64,000 nt of DNA from Endomicrobium sp. (GCA_031262885.1 JAISGV010000001.1:822-64821); one strand, 5' to 3'; shown: positions 11,344 to 21,828, counted from the first letter of the stretch. The notes: generated by a model not told the origin, from the sequence alone. Numbers and translations: made by a program.

Positions 11344-11562
11344 GTGAACAAAGAAGATAAAGTTATCGTGGAAGGAAAAATTTTAAAATCTTTACCAAAT
11401 GCTATGTTTAAAGTAGAGATCAATAAAAATTGTGTAGTTTTAGCTCATATATGCGGTAAAATGAAAATGCATTATATAAAAATATTACCAGGAGATAAAG
11501 TAAAAGTCGAATTATCTGCTTATGACTTAACTAGAGGAAGAATAATTTATAGAGAAAAATGA
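11344..11562 (+). CDS. infA: Translation initiation factor IF-1
   Basis: [35 protein letters not shown]. Confidence 0.97.
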   Translation: MNKEDKVIVEGKILKSLPNAMFKVEINKNCVVLAHICGKMKMHYIKILPGDKVKVELSAYDLTRGRIIYREK

Positions 11563-11591
11563 AAATAATATTGTAAATGGAGTAAAATATA

Positions 11592-11705
11592 ATGAAAGTA
11601 AGAGCATCTGTAAAATTGATATGTCAAAAATGTAAAATAGTAAAACGTAATAATGTTTTGAGAGTAACATGTATAAATCCAAAACATAAACAAAGACAAG
11701 GTTAA
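11592..11705 (+). CDS. rpmJ: 50S ribosomal protein L36 (not in ORF track)
   Basis: Manual translation [37 protein letters not shown]. Confidence 0.97.
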   Translation: MKVRASVKLICQKCKIVKRNNVLRVTCINPKHKQRQG

Positions 11706-11739
11706 AAGGATTAAATGTTGAAACAAGGAGGAATAGAAA

Positions 11740-12129
11740 ATGGCTCGTGTTTGTGGTGTAGATTTGCCAAAAAATAAAAAATTAAATATAGCATTAAGAT
11801 ATATTTATGGAATAGGACCAGTTATATCTAATGAAATTATAAGTAAACTTTTTCTAGAGTCTTCTAAAAAGATAAAAGATTTAACTGAAGAAGAAGTAGG
11901 TAGAATAAACAGTTTTATAATAAAAAATATAAAAGTAGAAGGCGATTTAAGGAGAGAAATTCAATCTAATATAAAACGATTAATTGATATAAAAAGTTAC
12001 AGAGGATTACGGCATAAGAAAAATTTACCAGTTAGAGGACAAAGATCTAAAACAAATGCTAGGACAAGACGTGGGAAAAGAAAAACAATTGGATCAGGAA
12101 AAAGTATTTTAACTAATGTTAGAAAATAA
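11740..12129 (+). CDS. rpsM: 30S ribosomal protein S13
   Basis: [26 protein letters not shown]. Confidence 0.98.
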   Translation: MARVCGVDLPKNKKLNIALRYIYGIGPVISNEIISKLFLESSKKIKDLTEEEVGRINSFIIKNIKVEGDLRREIQSNIKRLIDIKSYRGLRHKKNLPVRGQRSKTNARTRRGKRKTIGSGKSILTNVRK

Positions 12130-12167
12130 TTTTATAATAGAACTTAAAGAGGTAAAAAAAGTTATAT

Positions 12168-12554
12168 ATGAAAAAAAAGACAAATTCTAAAAAAAAGAAG
12201 TATATTAATAGTAAAATAGCTAAAGCTTATATATTATCTACTTTTAATAATACAATTGTTAATATAACAGATAATTCTGGTAATACTTTGCTTTGGAATT
12301 CTTCAGGAACCTCTGGGTTTAAAGGAACCAAAAAAGGAACTCCATTTGCTGCACAAACTACTGCATCAATAATAGGTAAAAAAGCTATAGATATTGGTAT
12401 TAAACAAATTGTTGTATTAGTAAATGGACCAGGCCCAGGAAGAGAAACAGCCATAAGAGGACTGCAAGGAGCTGGTTTATCTATTATTTCAATACAAGAT
12501 ATTACCCCTTTACCACACAATGGATGTAGACCTTCTAAATTAAGAAGAGTTTAA
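12168..12554 (+). CDS. rpsK: 30S ribosomal protein S11
   Basis: STFNNTI, TPFAAQ, GPGPGRE, PHNGCRP. Confidence 0.98.
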   Translation: MKKKTNSKKKKYINSKIAKAYILSTFNNTIVNITDNSGNTLLWNSSGTSGFKGTKKGTPFAAQTTASIIGKKAIDIGIKQIVVLVNGPGPGRETAIRGLQGAGLSIISIQDITPLPHNGCRPSKLRRV

Positions 12555-12595
12555 AAAAATTAAATTAATAATAAATTTTGGAGGATCAAAGTTAT

Positions 12596-13222
12596 ATGGC
12601 TCGTTATTTGGGATCGGTATGCAAATTATGTCGTAGAGAAAAAGAAAAACTCTTTTTGAAAGGTAATAGATGTTTTTCTACGAAATGTGTAATGGTAAAA
12701 AATAAAGGTAAAAAATTACCTGGACAACATAGTATGTCAAGAAGTAAACTCTCTGATTATGCAAAACATTTAAGAGAAAAACAAAAAGCAAAAAGGTTTT
12801 ATTGTTTAACAGAAGAACAGTTTAATCATTATTACGAAATTGCTGAAAAAAAAATCGGTTCTACTGGGTTAAATCTATTAAAATTACTTGAATTAAGGCT
12901 TGATACTGTGGTTTTCTATTTAAAATTTGCTGTTTCTAGAATTATGGCAAGACAAATCATAAATCATGGAACCGTTTTAGTTAATAATAAAAAAATTACT
13001 ATGCCTCGTTATCAAGTAAAAATTAATGATGTAATAACTGTTTCCGAGAAATATAAGAAAATAATATTATCAAGAAAAATTGATAATACAATAGGATTTA
13101 ATATTCCAATATGGTTATCCTTAAATAAGGATATGTCAGGAAAAATTATTGGAGAACCAGTTGCAAAAGAGTTTCATTATAATATAAATAGTCAACTTAT
13201 CGTAGAGTATTATTCAAAATAA
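12596..13222 (+). CDS. rpsD: 30S ribosomal protein S4 (zinc-binding type)
   Basis: MARYLGSVCKLCRRE, LREKQK, LELRLD, LIVEYYSK; GGAGG SD before ATG 12596. Confidence 0.97.
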   Translation: MARYLGSVCKLCRREKEKLFLKGNRCFSTKCVMVKNKGKKLPGQHSMSRSKLSDYAKHLREKQKAKRFYCLTEEQFNHYYEIAEKKIGSTGLNLLKLLELRLDTVVFYLKFAVSRIMARQIINHGTVLVNNKKITMPRYQVKINDVITVSEKYKKIILSRKIDNTIGFNIPIWLSLNKDMSGKIIGEPVAKEFHYNINSQLIVEYYSK

Positions 13223-13282
13223 ATCAAATAGTTATTATAATATGTAAAAAAGAAATAAGTAATAGTAAATAAAAGAGGGAAT

Positions 13283-14260
13283 ATGAAATCCATAAATTTA
13301 GACGAGTTACGGAAAGTAACATTAGACAAACAAAATGTTACTGATTTTTATAGTCGTTTCATAGTTGAGCCACTTGAACGTGGATATGGACATACAATTG
13401 GTAATTCATTGAGAAGAATTCTTTTATCTAGTTTAGAAGGTAGTGCTATAATAGCTGTTGAAATTGAAGGGGTATCTCATGAATTTGCTGTTATAAAAGG
13501 AATTAAAGAAGATGTTACACAAATTATCTTAAATCTTAAAAAGATTAGATTGAAACAACTTAATAAAAAAAATGAAGAAATTATTTATTTAAAAATAATG
13601 AAGCCTGGTAAAATAACAGCTAAAAATATAGAGCTTAATAAAAATATTAAAATAATGAATCCAGAACAAGAAATTGCTAATATTGATAATGATACTAAAT
13701 TAAATATGAAATTAATTGTTTCTTACGGTAAAGGATACGTATTTGCTGAAGAACTAGAAATAATTAATAATTATACAGGATTAATAAAATTAGATTCTTT
13801 ATTCTCTCCAATAATAAAAGTTAATTATGAAGTACAAAGCACACGCGTAGGTCAAAATTTAAATTATGATAAACTCATTATAGATATATGGACAGATGGA
13901 ACCATGACTCCAAAAAAAGCTTTGGCACGTTCGGCAGAAATCTTAAGTAATAATTTAGCAATATTTTCAAATGAACAATTAGAAAATATTGATGTTGAAA
14001 ATAAGAATATGAATCATAGTTATAATAAAAATTCAGAGATATTGGCAAATGAAGATACTAAATTTTATGATCAATCCATAAATGTTATGAAGTTTTCTAC
14101 TAGAATATTAAATAGCCTTAGAAGTAATAAGATTAATACTATAAAAGATTTAATTACATTAAGTAAAAAAGAAATTATGAATTTTACTAATTTTGGTAAA
14201 CGTGCTTTAGAAGAGGTTGAAAATAAATTAAAAGAATTAAAATTATCTCTTAAAAATTAA
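13283..14260 (+). CDS. rpoA: RNA polymerase subunit alpha
   Basis: EPLERGYGHTIGNSLRRILLSS; alpha-CTD NFGKRALEE. Confidence 0.98.
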   Translation: MKSINLDELRKVTLDKQNVTDFYSRFIVEPLERGYGHTIGNSLRRILLSSLEGSAIIAVEIEGVSHEFAVIKGIKEDVTQIILNLKKIRLKQLNKKNEEIIYLKIMKPGKITAKNIELNKNIKIMNPEQEIANIDNDTKLNMKLIVSYGKGYVFAEELEIINNYTGLIKLDSLFSPIIKVNYEVQSTRVGQNLNYDKLIIDIWTDGTMTPKKALARSAEILSNNLAIFSNEQLENIDVENKNMNHSYNKNSEILANEDTKFYDQSINVMKFSTRILNSLRSNKINTIKDLITLSKKEIMNFTNFGKRALEEVENKLKELKLSLKN

Positions 14261-14280
14261 AAAATTCATTTGGAGAAAAT

Positions 14281-14628
14281 ATGATTAAAACTTATAATGG
14301 TAGTAAATTAAATATAACAAGTTCTCATAAAAGATCTTTGATGCGTAATCTAGCTAATTCTTTTTTCTTACATGAGACAATTATTACTACATTAACAAGA
14401 GCTAAAGAACTTTCACGCTATTCTGAAAAATTAATCACAAAAGCAAAAGAAAAAAACTTAAAAACAATAAGAAACATAAATACAAAAGTCAATAAGAACT
14501 CGTGTAAAAAACTTTTTGATATTTTAGGTCCAAGATACAAAAAACGTAATGGAGGCTATACAAAAATTTTAAAATTTAAAAAAAGACACGGAGATAATGC
14601 TGAATTAGTGGTACTCAAATTACTTTAG
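14281..14628 (+). CDS. rplQ: 50S ribosomal protein L17
   Basis: [22 protein letters not shown]. Confidence 0.96.
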   Translation: MIKTYNGSKLNITSSHKRSLMRNLANSFFLHETIITTLTRAKELSRYSEKLITKAKEKNLKTIRNINTKVNKNSCKKLFDILGPRYKKRNGGYTKILKFKKRHGDNAELVVLKLL

Positions 14629-14648
14629 TTTTAAAAAAGAGGGAAAAA

Positions 14649-15677
14649 GTGTTTAATTATATTTTTAGTTTGTTTTCAAACGATATGGGGATTGATCTTG
14701 GTACAGCGTCAGTTTTAGTTTTTATCAAAGGACAAGATATTGTGTTAAGAGAACCTTCAGTCGTAGCTATGGAACGTGATACAAAACGTGTTTTATCAAT
14801 TGGAATTGAAGCAAAAAAAATGTTAGGTAAAACACCTTCTAATATAATTGCTATAAGGCCACTAAGAAACGGTGTAATTGCAGATTTTGAAGCTACAGAA
14901 AAAATGATAAGGTTTTTTATAAAAAAAGTACATAATAAACGAACATTATTACATCCTAGAGTAGTTATAGGAGTTCCTTCTGGTATTACTGAAGTGGAAC
15001 GTAGAGCGGTGAGAGAATCTGCAGAACAGGCTGGTGCTAGAGAAGTTTATCTTATAGATGAACCTATGGCAGCTGCAATAGGCGCTGGTATACAAATACA
15101 AGAACCACAAGGAAATATGATAGTAGATATAGGAGGAGGTACAACTGAAGTAGCTGTAATAGCTTTAGGCGGTATGGTAGTAGCAAAATCTCTAGAAATT
15201 GCAGGAGATAAAATGGATGAAGCTGTAGTTCAATACTTTAGAAAGAAATATAATCTAACTATAGGAGAAAATACAGCTGAGGCAGTAAAGATCAAGATAG
15301 GCTCAGTTTTTTCTAGTGGAGAAAAAATAACAATGGAAGTTAAAGGACGAGGTTTACTTACGGGATTACCTCAAATAATAAGTGTCACCTCTGATGAAAT
15401 AAGAACGGCTTTAGCTGATCCCGTAAGGAAAATAGTTGAAATAGTGAAAGATGTTTTAGAAGAAACTCCTCCAGAACTGGCTGCTGATTTAGTAGATAGT
15501 GGTATAACACTTAGCGGCGGCGGTTCATTAGTTAGAGGATTACCAGAACTTTTAGCTCAAGAAACAAAGCTACCTGTAAGCTGTGCTAATGATCCTCTTA
15601 CTTGTGTTGTAAAAGGAACAGGCGCATATCTCGAGGAATTGGACAATATAAAAAAATTAAAAAGAAGGGACACTTAA
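14649..15677 (+). CDS. mreB: Rod shape-determining protein MreB
   Basis: [29 protein letters not shown]. Confidence 0.98.
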   Translation: MFNYIFSLFSNDMGIDLGTASVLVFIKGQDIVLREPSVVAMERDTKRVLSIGIEAKKMLGKTPSNIIAIRPLRNGVIADFEATEKMIRFFIKKVHNKRTLLHPRVVIGVPSGITEVERRAVRESAEQAGAREVYLIDEPMAAAIGAGIQIQEPQGNMIVDIGGGTTEVAVIALGGMVVAKSLEIAGDKMDEAVVQYFRKKYNLTIGENTAEAVKIKIGSVFSSGEKITMEVKGRGLLTGLPQIISVTSDEIRTALADPVRKIVEIVKDVLEETPPELAADLVDSGITLSGGGSLVRGLPELLAQETKLPVSCANDPLTCVVKGTGAYLEELDNIKKLKRRDT

Positions 15678-15771
15678 AATTTAAAAATTTAGCATATTCA
15701 CATTAAAAAGCAATTTATATTTTATATTAAGAACTTTATAGTTTTATAGGATATTGGTAAATTTTAAACAA

Positions 15772-17526
15772 ATGTGGAAACATAAAGGCAAAGGATTAAC
15801 GTATGAAAATTTCTTAGTAAAATATAAATTAATAACAATATTTGTAATATTGTTGTTCATGTTTATTTCTTTTTTTCTTTTTTATATGCAAATTGTTAAG
15901 GGGAATAAATATGCAAAAATATCAGAAAATCAGAGAATATATAATGAATATGAATATGCTCCAAGAGGTATTATATTTTCTAGAGATAATGTGAAACTTG
16001 CAGAAAATGTGTATTCTTATGCTCTTCTTTTTTATCCTTCCAAATATTTTAATCAGCAAAACATAAATGAATATATAAATAATATTAATAATATTTTAAA
16101 CAAAAAAATTGATATTCATAAAATAAGTTGCAAAAATAATAATTATCCTATTCAAATTATTAACAAACTTACAAAAAAAGAAATATGTAAAATACATAAA
16201 AGCAAAAAATTTTTAAATAATACTTTACTTATAAAAGAAACAAATAGAATTTATAATTATCCTAAAATTATGAGTCATATAATAGGATATATTAGTAAAA
16301 CTAATAAAAAAGATACGTTTTTAAATAAGAATAATATTATGGATTATATAGGTAGAGGAGGTATAGAACAATTTTATAATAACTATCTTATGGGAATAAA
16401 TGGAAGTTTACAAATTGAAATGGACGCTGTAAGACGTCATATGAGAGTTTTAAGATATAGAAAGCCTAAACCAGGTAATAATATTTATTCAACAATAGAT
16501 TATAAATTACAAAATACTGCATATAACGAACTAAAAAAAAGTTCTAGTGGTAAAGGTGCCATAATAGTACTAGATACTAAAAACGGAGCTGTCAGAGTCC
16601 TAATCTCATATCCTGGTTTTAATGCAAATAAAATAAACACCAAACAATTTATTAAATACTTTAAAAATAAAAAATTACCATTTTTTAATAGGGCAATTCA
16701 TGCTCATTATCCTCCTGGCTCTATATTTAAAATAGTTTTAATGGCGGCGGCATTGAATGTATTGCAAACAGATCCAAATGAAATAATATATTGTCCAGGT
16801 GTTTTAAAAATAGGGAATAGAAAATATTCTTGTTGTAATAAAATTAGCCATGGTAATATAAATATGATTTCAGCAATATTAAAATCTTGTAATATATATT
16901 TTTATAAATTAGGTATAAAGCTAGGCATTAATAATATTGAAAAATATGCTAAAAATTTCTTTTTAGATCAGAAAACTGGTATAGATTTGCCAAATGAAAA
17001 AAATGGATTTATTCCAACTCCAAAATGGAAAAAGAAAAATACAGGAACGTCATGGTTTATAGGAGATACAGCTATTTTTTCAATAGGACAAGGAGCTTTA
17101 GAAGTAACACCTATTCAAATGGCTTGCATGGCTTTAACAATAGCTAATAAAGGTATATATTATAAACCATATGTTGTAAATAAAATAACAACTTATAATG
17201 GTATAGAAATTTATAAACATACAAATAAATATTATAAATGCGTAAAACTTTCTAAACAAAATTGGGAAACTATTAATTATGCCTTAATACAAACAATAGA
17301 AGAAGGAACAGGCATAAAAAGTAAATTTAGAAATATTAAAATTGCAGGTAAAACAGGAACTGCTCAAAACGCTTCTGGAAAACCTCATGCTTGGTTTATA
17401 TCTTATGCTCCTGCAGATAATCCAGAAATAGCTCTTGTAGTATTAATAGAAAATGGAGGTTTAGGAGGAATCAATGCTGTACCTATAGGGAAAAAAATAT
17501 ATGAAAAGTATTTTGAAAAAAGGTGA
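15772..17526 (+). CDS. mrdA: Penicillin-binding protein 2 (class B)
   Basis: N-terminal TM; APRG; SxxK (GSIFK), SCN, KTGTAQ; start ATG 15772 or TTG 15754. Confidence 0.94.
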   Translation: MWKHKGKGLTYENFLVKYKLITIFVILLFMFISFFLFYMQIVKGNKYAKISENQRIYNEYEYAPRGIIFSRDNVKLAENVYSYALLFYPSKYFNQQNINEYINNINNILNKKIDIHKISCKNNNYPIQIINKLTKKEICKIHKSKKFLNNTLLIKETNRIYNYPKIMSHIIGYISKTNKKDTFLNKNNIMDYIGRGGIEQFYNNYLMGINGSLQIEMDAVRRHMRVLRYRKPKPGNNIYSTIDYKLQNTAYNELKKSSSGKGAIIVLDTKNGAVRVLISYPGFNANKINTKQFIKYFKNKKLPFFNRAIHAHYPPGSIFKIVLMAAALNVLQTDPNEIIYCPGVLKIGNRKYSCCNKISHGNINMISAILKSCNIYFYKLGIKLGINNIEKYAKNFFLDQKTGIDLPNEKNGFIPTPKWKKKNTGTSWFIGDTAIFSIGQGALEVTPIQMACMALTIANKGIYYKPYVVNKITTYNGIEIYKHTNKYYKCVKLSKQNWETINYALIQTIEEGTGIKSKFRNIKIAGKTGTAQNASGKPHAWFISYAPADNPEIALVVLIENGGLGGINAVPIGKKIYEKYFEKR

Positions 17527-17541
17527 ATATAAGAAACTACA

Positions 17542-18900
17542 GTGCTATATAATATAAAAAAAAGAATTACTTTTTTATTTAAAAGTATGGATTTATGGCT
17601 TATTTTGATGCTAACTATATTAATATCTATAGGTATAATAGCTATTTATTCCTCTTGTATTAAATATGAATTACAAATCAAGTACGTTTTCATGCAATTT
17701 ATAGCTTGTTTGTTAGGCATTTTGGCTATGTTGTTACTGGCAAATTTAAACTATCAATATTATAAACAATTTGATAAATTTGTGTACATTGTTTCCATTT
17801 TACTTTTAATTTTGGTTCTAGTTTTTGGTTCTTATAGACGCGGAACCAAAGGATGGTTTAATTTTGGACCAATGTCTTTTCAACCTGTTGAAATTGCAAA
17901 AATTATGTTTATTTTAGTTATGTCATCATTTCTTGATAAAAAAGCTAATAAAATAAATGAATTATCTTTCTTATTTTATGTTTTTATAATTTTCATATGT
18001 CATTTGATATTGATAATGATGCAACCAGACTTTTCTTCTACGCTTGTATATTTCCCAGTAACACTGTTACTTCTATTTACTGTAGGAGTTAAAAAGTTTT
18101 ATTTAATATGTATATTAATTTTTAGTACTATAGCTATAGGATTACCTTTATTAAAAACATTTTTATCTATGTATTTAAATTTTCATCAAAATAGTTTCTT
18201 TTTGTATAAAATTATTTTTTTATCAATAAATTATAAAATAATTATATATATATTGTTGTTAATTTTGCTTATAATTATCTGGTGGATTTTAAATAAGTTT
18301 AAAATAAAATTTTCTATTATTTATCCAATTATTTTATACATTATAATTCTTCTAGGAAATATCAGCGCACTAATCATAGAGAAATCATTAAAAACTTATC
18401 AAAAACAAAGACTTATAGTATTTTTAAATCCAAGAATAGATCCAAAAGGAAGTGGATATAATATAATACAATCTAAAATTGCAATTGGAGCAGGAAAATT
18501 TTTTGGGAAAGGAATAAAGAATGGTACACAAACTCAATTAGGTTTTATTCCTGAACAGCATACTGATTTTATTTTTACAGTGATAGGTGAAGAAAGTGGA
18601 TGGATAGGTTCACAATTAACTTTGATTTTTTATTTTATTTTTATTTTTAGATGTTTAGTAATAGCAAAAGAATCATATGATAGATATGGTTCACTCATAG
18701 CAATTGGATTAGCAGCAATGTTTTTATTTTATGTAATAATAAATATAGGAATGGTAATAGGAATAATGCCAGTAACTGGAATTCCTTTACTTTTATTATC
18801 TTATGGAGGTTCATCTATGTTTTCTTCTTTGTGTGCCATTGGAATATTGTGTTCTATACACGCCAGACGTCATGTTTACTTTCAATATATAAAATATTGA
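17542..18900 (+). CDS. rodA: SEDS peptidoglycan polymerase RodA
   Basis: FQPVEIAK, QPDF, GYNIIQSKIAIG.G, PEQHTDFIF, LSYGGSS; follows mrdA. Confidence 0.95.
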   Translation: MLYNIKKRITFLFKSMDLWLILMLTILISIGIIAIYSSCIKYELQIKYVFMQFIACLLGILAMLLLANLNYQYYKQFDKFVYIVSILLLILVLVFGSYRRGTKGWFNFGPMSFQPVEIAKIMFILVMSSFLDKKANKINELSFLFYVFIIFICHLILIMMQPDFSSTLVYFPVTLLLLFTVGVKKFYLICILIFSTIAIGLPLLKTFLSMYLNFHQNSFFLYKIIFLSINYKIIIYILLLILLIIIWWILNKFKIKFSIIYPIILYIIILLGNISALIIEKSLKTYQKQRLIVFLNPRIDPKGSGYNIIQSKIAIGAGKFFGKGIKNGTQTQLGFIPEQHTDFIFTVIGEESGWIGSQLTLIFYFIFIFRCLVIAKESYDRYGSLIAIGLAAMFLFYVIINIGMVIGIMPVTGIPLLLLSYGGSSMFSSLCAIGILCSIHARRHVYFQYIKY

Positions 18901-18916
18901 TTTTTATAGTAATAAT

Positions 18917-18945
18917 TTGCAAAGTTTTGCTAAAATATATAGAAT
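18917..18945 (+). promoter_or_regulatory. Putative sigma70 promoter of lipoprotein gene
   Basis: TTGCAA-N17-TAGAAT, followed by an AAGGAG SD and ATG 18982. Confidence 0.55.
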
Positions 18946-18981
18946 CTTTTCTTGTAGTTAATTTATAAAAGGAGAAGTAAG

Positions 18982-19209
18982 ATGAAGAAATTAATGTTAT
19001 TTACAACATTTATAACAATGTTTGGGTTTATGTTGTTAGCTTGCGGAAAGAAGCCAGAAGTACCATCTGATTCTGTATCAACAACTGAAGAATCAAGTAA
19101 TTCTTCAGCAGTATCTAATGCTACTAATACTAATAGCAATGAAGAATTAGCAGTTTCTTCTGAAGAAGCTACTAATAGTACTGCAGCTTCCACAACAGAA
19201 AATAAATAA
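18982..19209 (+). CDS. Small orphan lipoprotein, Ser/Thr/Asn/Glu/Ala-rich
   Basis: MKK + hydrophobic stretch + LLA-C lipobox; strong SD; disordered acidic mature part ending in Lys. Confidence 0.8.
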   Translation: MKKLMLFTTFITMFGFMLLACGKKPEVPSDSVSTTEESSNSSAVSNATNTNSNEELAVSSEEATNSTAASTTENK

Positions 19210-19280
19210 ATTTACTATGAAAAATAACATTGTGAAATTAAAAAAAATGTACGATTAAAATTTGTATAATTTTTTTGATA

Positions 19281-19310
19281 TATGAGGGTTACTGTAAAGG
19301 AACCCTCATA
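19281..19310. terminator. Hairpin, probable terminator between convergent genes
   Basis: TATGAGGGTT/AACCCTCATA perfect 10-bp stem with inner CT-GTAA-AG; lies between the lipoprotein and porin stop codons. Confidence 0.6.
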
Positions 19311-19315
19311 GTTAT

Positions 19316-20431
19316 TTAGAAATCAATCATTAATATTGTTGCATACCTAAAATTGCTACTATTACTGATTAATCTTTTTGGTAAATATTGCCATGTAGGC
19401 CTAAAACTAAAATGTTTATTTAGTTTTATATTATTATAGAATTCTATTTGTGTCTCTTTTTCGTTGAATGATTTTAATATTTGACCTATAGCGCAACCTA
19501 TTGTAATGTTATTAGTTAACTTGTAAGTATATAATGCATGTAACAGTCCTAGGTTAGTTAATTCATTTTTTGCATTATTATTGAATTCTGTTGTATGGTG
19601 AGTTTTTGCATAACTAGCCCTTATAAAAATTTCCTTTTTGTTGCTTTTATCTAGTGATTTGTTTATACTAATTCCAGTACCAATTGCTGTTTCAGAATGT
19701 TCAGCTTTTTTTATACTATTATTTAACCAAGTATAAATCTTAATATTATCACTATTATTAAACATGTAAGTCATTTGTAGTATTTTGAATCCGGAATATA
19801 AATGGTTTAAAATATTATTTGTAATAAGTGAATAACTATGTCCATAGTCTAGCTTTATATTAGATGTTAAATTATAATTTAACATTAACATAAAATATTT
19901 ATAATTAGGAACATTTATTAATATATCTTTAGAAAAAAAATTTGAGCGAAATTTTTTTTCTGCATTATTAAAATAATTATTCTGAGCAAAATAAGAAAGA
20001 GCATCAACTTTGCCAAAATTTAATGTAGCTTTATTATTAATAGATATTTCACATAATAATTTTGTAATTTGTAGTTGATTTATTATATCGTAATCATTCT
20101 CATTAATAAAATTGAATTTTTCATCATCTTTAACGGATAACAATGTTTGTATATTATCTGAAATTTTTTTATTGATATTAAGATTATAAGACAAACTAAC
20201 TTCATTTTTAATAATTTCATTAGTACTTGGAATTGTTTCCATACAATATAACATATGATATTTTTCATTAGTTAACATTTTATTTTCTTCAGAATAACAA
20301 AATTTTATAGCTAAAGTGACAAAAAAAGATATCCATATTATGTTTTGTAACAGAAATATTATTTTTTTATTATTAATGAATGATTTCAAAAATATTACAC
20401 TCCTATTGATTTTATATATAATGTATAACAT
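19316..20431 (-). CDS. Divergent outer-membrane porin, OprB (carbohydrate-selective)-like
   Basis: Signal-like N-terminus, LNFGKVD..YFAQN, ETQIEFY...FSFRPTWQY, alternating beta strands, C-terminal Phe; start uncertain. Confidence 0.6.
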   Translation of the reverse strand: MLYIIYKINRSVIFLKSFINNKKIIFLLQNIIWISFFVTLAIKFCYSEENKMLTNEKYHMLYCMETIPSTNEIIKNEVSLSYNLNINKKISDNIQTLLSVKDDEKFNFINENDYDIINQLQITKLLCEISINNKATLNFGKVDALSYFAQNNYFNNAEKKFRSNFFSKDILINVPNYKYFMLMLNYNLTSNIKLDYGHSYSLITNNILNHLYSGFKILQMTYMFNNSDNIKIYTWLNNSIKKAEHSETAIGTGISINKSLDKSNKKEIFIRASYAKTHHTTEFNNNAKNELTNLGLLHALYTYKLTNNITIGCAIGQILKSFNEKETQIEFYNNIKLNKHFSFRPTWQYLPKRLISNSSNFRYATILMIDF

Positions 20432-20479
20432 ATTACAAAGTTAATCAATGCATTTAACTTAATAATATTTAAAATAATA

Positions 20480-20508
20480 TTGTAAAAATATTTTTTTTTT
20501 TATAGAAT
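20480..20508 (+). promoter_or_regulatory. Putative sigma70 promoter of the gatC operon
   Basis: TTGTAA-N17-TAGAAT; spacer contains a T11 run. Confidence 0.45.
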
Positions 20509-20545
20509 TCAAATGTAATATAATTTATATTTGGTTTTAGGGTTT

Positions 20546-20839
20546 ATGTTAGAGAAAATAGAATTATTAACTGTAGCTTCTTTCGCTAGATTACATATTG
20601 ATGATAAAGAAGTAGACGGATATATAAAAGATTTAAATAAAATATTAAGTCAAGCGAACATTTTACAAGAGTTGTCTACAACTGATGTAGTACCTACTAC
20701 GCATATCGTAACAAAAACAGCTAATGCTTGGAGATCAGACATATCAAAACCTTGTTCTTATGATGTTATAGAATTAATATTAAATAATGCTCCTGCTAAA
20801 AAAGAAAGATTTTATAAAATAAAAAAAGTTCTAAAATGA
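20546..20839 (+). CDS. gatC: Asp/Glu-tRNA amidotransferase subunit C
   Basis: VASFARL, DVVPTTH, WRSD, ILNNAP...FYKIKKV. Confidence 0.88.
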   Translation: MLEKIELLTVASFARLHIDDKEVDGYIKDLNKILSQANILQELSTTDVVPTTHIVTKTANAWRSDISKPCSYDVIELILNNAPAKKERFYKIKKVLK

Positions 20840-21825
20840 TAAAAGCAATTTATACTATAAATAATAATTATAAATATGAATATGATGTAAACAAAATAAT
20901 AGAGCTTAGTAATAAAAATTTTGAAATGATTTGGCTTGATGTGCATATAGAAAATAGTGAGTTAAAAAATAAAGAAATATTATTACTTCATAAATATTTT
21001 AGATTTCACGAGTTATCTATTGAAGATTGTATATTTAAAAAAAAATATCCAAAAATTGAAGAATTTAAAAATTATATATTTAGTACTACACATGGTGTGC
21101 AACTAAAATCAGATTGTTTTAGTGAATTTAGAAATAGCATATATGAATTAAATATATTTATTGGAAATAATTTTGTGGTAACAGTTCATGAAGAAGAATT
21201 ATTTTTTTTAGAGTCTATTTTTGAAAAAGCTAAAATTAAACCATTAATAGAAATCAAAAGTTTAAAAAATTTAATTTATAAAATTTTTAACGAAGTAGTG
21301 GCTAGTTATGATTATGCTTTAAATAAGATTGATAGTACTTTGAACAATATTGAGAATGGTATTTTAAAAAAACCAGGAACTAATAATATTGAAAGTATAT
21401 TAAATGTGAAGAAAATGATTTTTTTTCTAAAAAAAATAGCTGAACAACAACATATAGTTTACAATTATTTTACTAAGGCTAACAATTTAATAACAACTGA
21501 ATACTTAGTATACTTTCAAGATATTTATGCACAAAGTACAAGACTAAATCAAGCTATACTTATTAGAAGTCAAATGGTAATTAGTCTTTTAGACGTATAT
21601 ATATCTAGCATAAATTTACAATTAAGTGAAATAATGAAATACTTAACTATAATTGCTACTATTTTGATGCCTGTTCTTATTGTTTCTGGATATTATGGTA
21701 TGAATGTTTTATTTCCAGAATACTTACTTATAGGTAAAGAAGGTACATGGTTTTTAGCTATGATTTTAATGTTTTGTAGTACATCAATTTCATTTATATA
21801 TTTTAAAAAGAAAAAATGGCTTTAA
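20836..21825 (+). CDS. corA: CorA-family Mg2+/Co2+ transporter
   Basis: WLD, FHELSIEDC, PKIEEF, MKYLTII, GMN signature, two C-terminal TMs. Confidence 0.93.
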   Translation: MIKAIYTINNNYKYEYDVNKIIELSNKNFEMIWLDVHIENSELKNKEILLLHKYFRFHELSIEDCIFKKKYPKIEEFKNYIFSTTHGVQLKSDCFSEFRNSIYELNIFIGNNFVVTVHEEELFFLESIFEKAKIKPLIEIKSLKNLIYKIFNEVVASYDYALNKIDSTLNNIENGILKKPGTNNIESILNVKKMIFFLKKIAEQQHIVYNYFTKANNLITTEYLVYFQDIYAQSTRLNQAILIRSQMVISLLDVYISSINLQLSEIMKYLTIIATILMPVLIVSGYYGMNVLFPEYLLIGKEGTWFLAMILMFCSTSISFIYFKKKKWL

Positions 21826-21828
21826 AAA

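Noticed and set aside
4988-13222. Zinc-ribbon versions of L24, S14, L36, S4 and Adk
   Set aside because: Real, but a common state in anaerobic lineages; not novel.
19229-19278. Second imperfect inverted repeat after the lipoprotein gene
   Set aside because: Made almost entirely of A/T runs with mismatches; not distinguishable from background.
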